Assembly (NCBI GenBank): GCA_903857255.1
Contig: CAIODY010000086.1
Location: 7,312-71,311 of the forward strand
DNA length: 64,000 nt
From: an uncultured bacterium
GTDB lineage: Bacteria > Bacteroidota > Bacteroidia > Chitinophagales > CAIODY01
Reading direction: 5' to 3'
The notes beneath the pieces are model-generated. The model was not told where the DNA came from, ran no database searches, and saw only the letters and a list, made by a program, of their open reading frames with translations. How positions within the stretch are numbered: position 1 is the stretch's first letter; each line of letters begins with the position of its first letter. The position numbers and the translations under genes are program-made. Positions 1 to 7,078 of the stretch are shown here, piece by piece.

Positions 1-1469
1 TATGCATTGTAATCCATGTTGTGCACAAAGGTGTTCATGATGCCGTAAGCCCTGCCACCATTGCTTTCCATCGAACGCATCTCTTGTACTTTCATATTCG
101 TAACACCAGCCGAAATCATGCTTTCATCAAAGTTGCCTGATTTTAATTTTTCAATTTCATCCAACAATAATTTTTTGCAATCCTCCAAACTCTGCCCCTG
201 CATTGCTTTTGCTGATAATTGAAATACATCGTAATCGGAATTATTATCAACGCCAGTGTTTGCGCCCAACACTTTTTGTTGTTTCACCAAATCCAAATCA
301 ATCAAGCCTGATGCGCCATTGGTCAATAAATTATCTACCATGGTTTGCATCAAATAATCGTTGCTGTTGCTGCCTTTCATTCTAAAACCAATCACCACTT
401 CTTCGGCATCTGGCCCGTAAACAGTTATTTCATCAGGGTTTGAGCGTTTTGTTTCAGGTTGAAAAATATAAGGCGCAACTGGTTTTGAAGCCATGTAACC
501 AAAATGTTGTTTAATCAATTCTACTGTTTTATCAGGGTCAACATCGCCACTGATAATGATTGCCATGTTGTTGGGCACATAATGTTCGTGATAATATCTT
601 TTGATAGCAGTGATAGAAGGTGATTTCAAATGTTCAATTGTTCCAATCGTAGTTTGTGTGCCATAACTATGATGCTTGAAAAGGCTTGCCATCAGTGCTT
701 CTTCCACCTTTCTGCCATCATTATCCAACGTACGATTTTTTTCTTCGTACACCGCTTCCAACTCGGTGTGAAACAAACGCAATTGCGGATTGCGAAATCT
801 TTCGGCTTCAATATTTACCCATTTTTCCATTTGGTTTACAGGAATATCATTCACATAAACTGTCATATCGGTTGACGTGAAAGCGTTGGTGCCCTTGGCT
901 CCCAAGTTGCTCACCATTTTATCGTACTCATTCGCAATTGCCCATTTCGCAGCTAAACCGCTCACACTATCAATTACATGATAAATAGCTTTTCGCTTGT
1001 CATCATTTTTTTCAGCACCATATTGTTCATACAAATTTTCAATTTCATCCAACAATGGTTTTTCTTTTGAAAAATCTTTCGAGCCATATTGGTCAGTACC
1101 TTTAAACATCATGTGTTCCAAGTAATGCGCCAAACCCGTGTGGTCGGCTGGGTCGTTTTTACTGCCAGTTTTCACAGCAATCATGGTTTGACATCGAGGC
1201 TCATTTTTATTTACCGTAATCCAAATTTGCAAACCATTTGGCAACGTGTATTTATGTGTATGCAAAGGGTCGCCAGTGAAAGTTTGCATTTCAACATTGC
1301 CTGTTTTTACATCACCACCTTTGCTCATCATTTCGGTTTTATCGCCCAAAGCTTTTTTGATTGCTGGGTCAATTGGTCGTGTGCCATGGTTTTTTATTAA
1401 TTGTGCAGGTGTTTGAGCAACGGCTGCAAACCCAAGCAGCACCAATGTTCCGAAGATGAGTTGTTTCAT
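1..1469 (-). CDS. M16 family zinc metallopeptidase (insulinase-like); C-terminal part lies outside the window; absent from the ORF track
   Basis: My own translation of the minus strand from the ATG at 1469-1467 gives MKQLIFGTLVLLGFAAVAQ (signal-peptide-like). It continues to GLAHYLEHMMFKGT, which carries the inverted zinc motif HxxEH. The frame stays open to position 1. Confidence 0.8.
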   Translation of the reverse strand, partial: MKQLIFGTLVLLGFAAVAQTPAQLIKNHGTRPIDPAIKKALGDKTEMMSKGGDVKTGNVEMQTFTGDPLHTHKYTLPNGLQIWITVNKNEPRCQTMIAVKTGSKNDPADHTGLAHYLEHMMFKGTDQYGSKDFSKEKPLLDEIENLYEQYGAEKNDDKRKAIYHVIDSVSGLAAKWAIANEYDKMVSNLGAKGTNAFTSTDMTVYVNDIPVNQMEKWVNIEAERFRNPQLRLFHTELEAVYEEKNRTLDNDGRKVEEALMASLFKHHSYGTQTTIGTIEHLKSPSITAIKRYYHEHYVPNNMAIIISGDVDPDKTVELIKQHFGYMASKPVAPYIFQPETKRSNPDEITVYGPDAEEVVIGFRMKGSNSNDYLMQTMVDNLLTNGASGLIDLDLVKQQKVLGANTGVDNNSDYDVFQLSAKAMQGQSLEDCKKLLLDEIEKLKSGNFDESMISAGVTNMKVQEMRSMESNGGRAYGIMNTFVHNMDYNA

Positions 1470-1554
1470 GTTGAATTGGTTTTTATTTTTTGATGAACTA
1501 CAAAGAAAATAAAACACGGCTGAATCTTCTATCAATAATTACTTTTGAGAAAAG

Positions 1555-1562
1555 TATTTTTG
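1555..1562 (+). promoter_or_regulatory. Bacteroidota-type -7 promoter box TAnnTTTG (TATTTTTG) upstream of aroE
   Basis: Exact match to TAnnTTTG, 13 nt upstream of the aroE ATG at 1576. Confidence 0.45.
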
Positions 1563-1575
1563 TTAATTATTTTCG

Positions 1576-2313
1576 ATGCAAAAACAATTTGGACTTATTG
1601 GTTTTCCCCTTTCGCATTCTTTTTCAAAAAAATATTTTGAAGAAAAATTTGCAACAGAAAAATTACAGAATTGTGTGTACGAAAATTTTGAAATCGAGCA
1701 TATTTCTTCATTTCCAAAATTAATTTCAGAACAGAAAAACTTGTTAGGATTAAATGTTACCATTCCTCACAAACAAGCTGTGATAAAGCATTTGGATGAA
1801 TTAGATGAAACTGCAAAAATCATTGGGGCGGTAAATTGCATCAAAATTAAAAACGGAAAAACTATTGGTTTTAATACTGATGTAATTGGTTTTGAAAAAA
1901 CATTTTCACCATTGGTAAAGCCGCATCATGCTAAAGCGTTGATTTTGGGAAATGGCGGCGCAACTAAAGCCGTTGAGTATGTTCTAAGAAAAATCGGTAT
2001 TCAATATTTGATTGTTAGTCGAACGCCAAGTATCAATCAATTGAGTTATGCCGACATTAATTTGTTTGTGATGAGAGATTTTAAAATTATTATCAATTGT
2101 ACGCCGTTGGGCATGTTTCCGAATGCGGATGATGCTCCGCCAATTCCTTATGAATTGCTCAATTGGCAACACTTGTGTTATGATTTGATTTATAATCCTG
2201 AAGAGACGCTTTTCTTGAAAAAAGCCAAAGCAAAAGGCGCAACCACACAAAATGGATTAGGAATGCTGAAAGCTCAGGCTGAAGCGGCCTGGGAGATTTG
2301 GAATAAATTATAG
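1576..2313 (+). CDS. aroE: shikimate 5-dehydrogenase
   Basis: 245 aa. Begins FGLIGFPLSHSFS and contains LNVTIPHK and the GNGGATKA nucleotide-binding loop, all typical of AroE. Confidence 0.9.
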   Translation: MQKQFGLIGFPLSHSFSKKYFEEKFATEKLQNCVYENFEIEHISSFPKLISEQKNLLGLNVTIPHKQAVIKHLDELDETAKIIGAVNCIKIKNGKTIGFNTDVIGFEKTFSPLVKPHHAKALILGNGGATKAVEYVLRKIGIQYLIVSRTPSINQLSYADINLFVMRDFKIIINCTPLGMFPNADDAPPIPYELLNWQHLCYDLIYNPEETLFLKKAKAKGATTQNGLGMLKAQAEAAWEIWNKL

Positions 2314-2319
2314 TACAAA

Positions 2320-2736
2320 ATGAAACCTTTATTTTATAAATTATCAAATGAGCAAGCAAGTGGTTTGTTTTTTATTGGGTTAATAATTTGGATTGTACAT
2401 GTTGTTTATTTCACTATTGCAACTATATTATTAAACTCAAATATTGGTGATAATCAAATGGGCTTTAATACGCTGATTGGAATAATTAGTTGTAAAACAT
2501 TTTCATGGATTGAACTTGATTATTCCTATGGGTTTGACTGCATTGTAATTTTAAATTTAAGCTTATCTTTTGTTTTTAGTTGTTTGTTGGTAACCTGTAT
2601 TTATCGAAAATTAAATGGCAAACCTCTGTTTGGAAAATATTATTGGCGATTACTTATTCTTTTGGCATTTGTAGTGTTTTTACCAGTTCCACATGAGTAT
2701 TCTTACAACAACATTTTATCACAAGTTTTTGAATAA
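2320..2736 (+). CDS. hypothetical small membrane protein
   Basis: 138-aa ORF with about 4 hydrophobic segments. It starts 7 nt after the aroE stop. No family recognised. Confidence 0.4.
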   Translation: MKPLFYKLSNEQASGLFFIGLIIWIVHVVYFTIATILLNSNIGDNQMGFNTLIGIISCKTFSWIELDYSYGFDCIVILNLSLSFVFSCLLVTCIYRKLNGKPLFGKYYWRLLILLAFVVFLPVPHEYSYNNILSQVFE

Positions 2737-2801
2737 ATGTTTTTTTACAAATTCTTTTCAAGAAAATTCCTTTTCTGTTTTTGCCTCCCTTTTTCATTTC
2801 C

Positions 2802-2809
2802 TATCTTTG
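2802..2809 (+). promoter_or_regulatory. -7 promoter box TATCTTTG with upstream TTTG (2780-2783), upstream of carB
   Basis: TAnnTTTG match, with a TTTG 18 nt upstream. This leaves a leader of about 55 nt before the GTG start at 2866. Confidence 0.45.
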
Positions 2810-2865
2810 CACACCGCCGCTAATTTTACAATTAGCTTATTATCTCATTATCAAATTATTCAATC

Positions 2866-4512
2866 GTGCCAAAAGATACATCCATAAAGTCAGTACTGAT
2901 CATAGGTTCAGGTCCAATTATTATTGGTCAGGCTTGTGAGTTTGATTACAGCGGTTCTCAGGCTGCCCGTTCGCTTCGAGAAGAAGGAATTGAAGTGGTG
3001 CTGATTAACAGCAATCCTGCAACGATTATGACCGACCCTATTGTTGCCGACAAAGTTTATTTGTTGCCATTGAATACGGAAAGCATTGAGCAGATTTTGA
3101 AAGAAAACAAAATTGATGCAGTGTTGCCAACCATGGGTGGACAAACAGCTTTGAATCTTTGCAAAGAAGCCGATGAAATTGGCTTATGGGAACAATACAA
3201 TGTAAAACTAATTGGCGTAGATATTAAAGCAATTGACAAAGCTGAAGACCGTGAAAAATTTCGCTTGTGGATGATTGAAATGGGTATTCCGGTTTGTCCT
3301 GCACATATTGCCAACTCATTTTTAGAAGGAAAAGAATTTGCACAACAAATAGGATTTCCGTTGGTACTTCGCCCATCGTTCACATTAGGTGGAACAGGCG
3401 GCGGCATAGTTTTCAAAAAAGAAGACTTGGATGAAGCCTTGAACCGAGCTTTGACAGCCAGCCCGATGCATGAAGTGCTGGTGGAAAAAGCGGTATTAGG
3501 TTGGAAAGAATATGAATTGGAATTGTTGAGAGACAACAACAACAACGTGGCAATCATTTGTACGGTTGAAAATTTCGACCCGATGGGTGTACACACGGGC
3601 GATAGCATTACTGTTGCGCCAGCTATGACTTTGAGCGATACAGCATTTCAGTTGATGCGTAATACTGCCATCAGCATGATGCGAAACTTAGGAAATTTTG
3701 CAGGCGGATGTAATGTGCAGTTTGCCATGAATCCTGAAACAGAAGAAATTATTGTGGTGGAAATAAATCCCAGAGTGAGCCGTTCATCAGCATTGGCAAG
3801 TAAAGCAACGGGTTATCCGATTGCTAAAATTGCTGCAAAACTGGCGATTGGATATAATCTGGATGAATTAAAAAATCAAATCACGAAAACAACTTCAGCA
3901 TTTTTTGAACCTGCATTAGATTATGTGATTGTGAAAATTCCACGTTGGAATTTCGATAAATTTAAAGGCGCAAATGATACACTTGGTTTCCAAATGAAAT
4001 CAGTTGGTGAAGTAATGGCAATTGGCAGAAGCTTCCCAGAAGCGATTCAGAAAGCTTGTCAGAGTTTGGAAAATGATGCGATTGGTTTGGGTTACTATGG
4101 TAAATCGTTGATGAAAAGTGAAGAGATTTTAGAAAGCATCAAAACACCGAAATGGGACAGAATATTCCGCATCAAAGATGCCTTGATGGCTGGGGCTACG
4201 GTTTCAACCATTCATAAATCAACCATGATTGATAAATGGTTTTTGTACCAGATTCAAAGCATTGTTGATTTGGAAAAACACTTAATGAAGTTTGATAAGC
4301 TTTCAGAAATTTCAAAAGAAGAAATGACGAAAGCCAAGCAAATGGGCTTTTCTGATTTACAAATTGCAAAATTTGTTGGCAACAAATGCACCGAAGATGA
4401 AGTGTATGAATATCGTAAATCATTAGGCATTACCCGAATTTTTAAAATTGTTGATACCTGTGCAGCAGAGTTTGAGAGTAAGACGAATTATTTTTATAGC
4501 ACGTTTGGGTAG
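2866..4512 (+). CDS. carB: carbamoyl-phosphate synthase large subunit, N-terminal half (carboxyphosphate ATP-grasp domain plus oligomerisation domain)
   Basis: 548 aa. The GTG start gives MPKDTSIKSVLIIGSGPIIIGQACEFDYSG, colinear with the CarB N-terminus. The ORF ends ...VDTCAAEFESKTNYFYSTFG-TAG, exactly at the linker before the second ATP-grasp half. Confidence 0.92.
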   Translation: MPKDTSIKSVLIIGSGPIIIGQACEFDYSGSQAARSLREEGIEVVLINSNPATIMTDPIVADKVYLLPLNTESIEQILKENKIDAVLPTMGGQTALNLCKEADEIGLWEQYNVKLIGVDIKAIDKAEDREKFRLWMIEMGIPVCPAHIANSFLEGKEFAQQIGFPLVLRPSFTLGGTGGGIVFKKEDLDEALNRALTASPMHEVLVEKAVLGWKEYELELLRDNNNNVAIICTVENFDPMGVHTGDSITVAPAMTLSDTAFQLMRNTAISMMRNLGNFAGGCNVQFAMNPETEEIIVVEINPRVSRSSALASKATGYPIAKIAAKLAIGYNLDELKNQITKTTSAFFEPALDYVIVKIPRWNFDKFKGANDTLGFQMKSVGEVMAIGRSFPEAIQKACQSLENDAIGLGYYGKSLMKSEEILESIKTPKWDRIFRIKDALMAGATVSTIHKSTMIDKWFLYQIQSIVDLEKHLMKFDKLSEISKEEMTKAKQMGFSDLQIAKFVGNKCTEDEVYEYRKSLGITRIFKIVDTCAAEFESKTNYFYSTFG

Positions 4513-4518
4513 ATACAA

Positions 4519-4577
4519 GCCCACAAAGACACAAAGAGCACAAAGTTTTTTCTTCGTAAACTTCGTGTCTTAGTGGA
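4519..4577. repeat. left flank hairpin of the GxxExxY cassette
   Basis: The 5' arm CCACAAAGACACAAAG(AGCACAAAG) pairs with the 3' arm CTTCGTGTCTTAGTGG at 14 of 16 positions. GCCCACAAAG (4519-4528) is the perfect inverted repeat of CTTTGTGGGC at 5020-5029. Confidence 0.8.
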
Positions 4578-4593
4578 ATAAAAAATAAAACCA

Positions 4594-4974
4594 ATGACAG
4601 AAAACGAAATTGCAAAAGAAGTGGTTGATTGTTGTTTCAAAGTTCATTCAACTTTAGGCGCAGGTTTGTTTGAAAGTGTTTATGAAGCGGCATTGGCTTT
4701 TGAATTTGATAAAAGAGGAATTGAATATACACGACAAGAACCTATTGAAGTTTATTATGAAGATGAGTTGTTGGATGTAGGTTTTAGAGCAGATTTTATT
4801 ATTGAAGATAAATTCATCATCGAATTAAAATCAGTTGAGACATTGGAGAAAGTTCATCACAAACAAATCTTGACTTATTTAAAGGTTACGGGAATGAAAT
4901 TAGGTCTGTTAGTGAACTTTAATGTTGATTTAATCAAAGATGGCATACACAGAAAAATAAACGGACAATTATAA
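4594..4974 (+). CDS. GxxExxY family protein (PD-(D/E)XK nuclease-like fold), inserted between the two carB halves
   Basis: 126 aa. Carries the signature G-LF-E-SV-Y (GAGLFESVYEAAL) and a D...E.K-like core (RADFIIEDKFIIELK), which I recognise as the GxxExxY family. Confidence 0.8.
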   Translation: MTENEIAKEVVDCCFKVHSTLGAGLFESVYEAALAFEFDKRGIEYTRQEPIEVYYEDELLDVGFRADFIIEDKFIIELKSVETLEKVHHKQILTYLKVTGMKLGLLVNFNVDLIKDGIHRKINGQL

Positions 4975-4978
4975 AATA

Positions 4979-5029
4979 TCCCACAAAGCCACAAAGAAAA
5001 AACTTCGTGAACTTAGTGCCTTTGTGGGC
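4979..5029. repeat. right flank hairpin of the GxxExxY cassette
   Basis: CCCACAAAGCCACAAAG (4980-4996) pairs with CTTAGTGCCTTTGTGGG (5012-5028) at 15 of 17 positions, with an extra CTTCGTG unit in the loop. It is a direct-repeat relative of the left flank. Confidence 0.8.
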
Positions 5030-6223
5030 GACAAAAAAATAATTATGTACAACGAATCAATCAGAAGCGACAAGAAAAAATACATCGTATTAGGCAGTGG
5101 TCCAAACCGCATTGGGCAAGGTATTGAGTTTGATTATTGCTGCACACATGGTTTGCAGGCCATTAAAGAATGTGGTCATGAAGCCATCATGATTAACTGC
5201 AATCCTGAAACAGTAAGTACCGATTTCGACATGGCGGATAAATTGTATTTCGAGCCTGTGTTCTGGGAGCATTTATGGGAAATTATTGAGCATGAAAAAC
5301 CTGAAGGTGTGATTGTTCAATTAGGCGGACAAACCGCTTTGAAACTGGCTAAACGCTTAACTGAAAAAGGAATTAAAATCATAGGTACTTCTTTCGATAG
5401 CATGGATATTGCCGAAGACCGTGGTCGATTCAGCGATTTGCTGAAAGAAATGAACATTCCTTATCCTGAATATGGCACAGCCCACACTGCTGATGAAGCA
5501 ATGGCTGTGGCAAATAAAATTGGTTACCCAGTGTTGGTTCGTCCGAGTTATGTATTGGGTGGGCAGCGTATGCGAATTGTGATAAATGATGATGAACTAG
5601 AAAATGGGGTGTTGAGCTTATTGAAACACTTACCTGATAATACCATTTTGATTGACCATTTCTTAGACCGTTGTCAGGAAGCTGAAATAGATGGCATTTG
5701 CGATGGAGAGAATTTTCATGTGATGGGGATTATGGAACATATTGAGCCAGCAGGCATTCATAGTGGCGATAGTAATGCTGTGTTACCTCCATTTAATTTA
5801 TCGCCTTTGGTGATTGTTGAAATGAAAGATTATGCCAAAAAAATTGCGATGAAATTGCAGATTAAAGGCTTGATAAATATTCAGTTTGCTATTAAAGATG
5901 GAAAAGTATTTGTGATTGAAGCCAATCCACGTGCCAGCCGTACAACGCCTTTCATTGCTAAAGCTTACCAGATTCCTTATTTGAATATTGCAACTAAAGT
6001 AATGTTGGGTGAAAAGAAAGTTACCGACTTTACTTACGAACCAAAATTGCAAGGTTATGCCATTAAAGAACCAGTTTTCTCATTCGATAAATTTCCTGGT
6101 GTGAATAAAGAATTAGGTCCTGAAATGAAATCAACGGGTGAAGCCATTCGCTTTATTAAAGACCTACGTGACCCTTATTTCCGTACGTTGTATAAAGAAA
6201 GAAGCATGCATTTGAGTAAGTAA
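5024..6223 (+). CDS. carB: carbamoyl-phosphate synthase large subunit, C-terminal half (carbamoyl-phosphate ATP-grasp domain); start is GTG 5024 or ATG 5045
   Basis: 399 aa. Contains KKYIVLGSGPNRIGQGIEFDYCCTHG and MKSTGEAIRF, colinear with the second CarB half. It is in a different frame from the N half, and no MGS-like allosteric domain follows. Confidence 0.9.
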   Translation: MGDKKIIMYNESIRSDKKKYIVLGSGPNRIGQGIEFDYCCTHGLQAIKECGHEAIMINCNPETVSTDFDMADKLYFEPVFWEHLWEIIEHEKPEGVIVQLGGQTALKLAKRLTEKGIKIIGTSFDSMDIAEDRGRFSDLLKEMNIPYPEYGTAHTADEAMAVANKIGYPVLVRPSYVLGGQRMRIVINDDELENGVLSLLKHLPDNTILIDHFLDRCQEAEIDGICDGENFHVMGIMEHIEPAGIHSGDSNAVLPPFNLSPLVIVEMKDYAKKIAMKLQIKGLINIQFAIKDGKVFVIEANPRASRTTPFIAKAYQIPYLNIATKVMLGEKKVTDFTYEPKLQGYAIKEPVFSFDKFPGVNKELGPEMKSTGEAIRFIKDLRDPYFRTLYKERSMHLSK

Positions 6224-7051
6224 CTATCTGTGCATCATCATCCAATAAACCACTACAAAGGGTAACACAAAAACAAAAGAATCAAATCGGTCTAATGCCC
6301 CACCATGTCCAGGTAAAAAATTACCGCTGTCTTTCACATTCATTTGTCGCTTAAACATACTTTCTACCAAATCGCCAATGCTGCCAAACACGGCTACCAA
6401 AGAAGCAATCACCATCCAATGTGTTGCCGAAAATTCTGTTCGGAACAGAGATAATACATAGCCTGCAACAATTGTAAAAATCAAACCACCAATTGTTCCT
6501 TCCCAAGTTTTTTTAGGCGAAATTCGTTCATACAATTTATGTTTGCCCAATAATTTTCCGCTGAAATATTGCATTGAATCACTTGTCCAAATTAAAATAA
6601 ACAAACCGAAAATCCGCCATGGATAATAAATTCCATGGTCGAATACCAAATACGAACTCATGGCTAATGGCACAACAATGTAAACTATTGCCAAAGTGAA
6701 ATAGCCGCAATTCGCCAGCACATTGCCTTTGGTGTTCATCAGCAATTCATAAATAAAAACTATCCACAGCAACAATAAAGCAATCCATGCAAATTGCGGC
6801 AACACTTTGTTTTGTGCAATCAACTGAAAAACCAATACCATGGCTGCACCAGCGGTTACACCAAATGAATTGTAAAACGATTTTACTTCAGCAAATTTTT
6901 CATCATAAGATGCAATCATTTGAAAAAACTCTTGCAAACAAAGCATCGCAATGAGTGTAATGGCGGCTGTGAATAATAGTGGCTTATGGCTGATGAATAC
7001 ACCAATCAACACTATGCCAAATACTATTCCCCAAATGATTCTTTGTTTCAT
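6224..7051 (-). CDS. cdsA: phosphatidate cytidylyltransferase
   Basis: 275 aa polytopic protein. Contains SDSMQYFSGKLLGKHKL, KKTWEGTIGG and GDLVESMFKRQMNVKDSGNFLPGHGGALDRFDS, the CdsA signature. Confidence 0.9.
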   Translation of the reverse strand: MKQRIIWGIVFGIVLIGVFISHKPLLFTAAITLIAMLCLQEFFQMIASYDEKFAEVKSFYNSFGVTAGAAMVLVFQLIAQNKVLPQFAWIALLLLWIVFIYELLMNTKGNVLANCGYFTLAIVYIVVPLAMSSYLVFDHGIYYPWRIFGLFILIWTSDSMQYFSGKLLGKHKLYERISPKKTWEGTIGGLIFTIVAGYVLSLFRTEFSATHWMVIASLVAVFGSIGDLVESMFKRQMNVKDSGNFLPGHGGALDRFDSFVFVLPFVVVYWMMMHR

Positions 7052-7078
7052 GCCATAAAAATAAGAAAGCTTGTTGGC

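Noticed and set aside
3057-3608. 183-aa ORF antisense to the carB N half, together with similar shadow ORFs at 2908..3144, 4196..4423, 5090..5272 and 5798..6052
   Set aside because: They lie wholly inside a strongly conserved CarB coding region on the opposite strand. Their sequence has no recognisable motifs, which is typical of shadow ORFs.
4513-5023. An intein or a classical group I/II intron as the explanation for the carB interruption
   Set aside because: The insert is not in frame with carB, since there is a stop at 4510-4512 and the frame changes. It carries its own small ORF with no intein splicing motifs, and at about 0.5 kb it is far too small for a group II intron with its reverse transcriptase. 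I could not recognise group I core pairings by eye, though I cannot formally exclude RNA-level processing.
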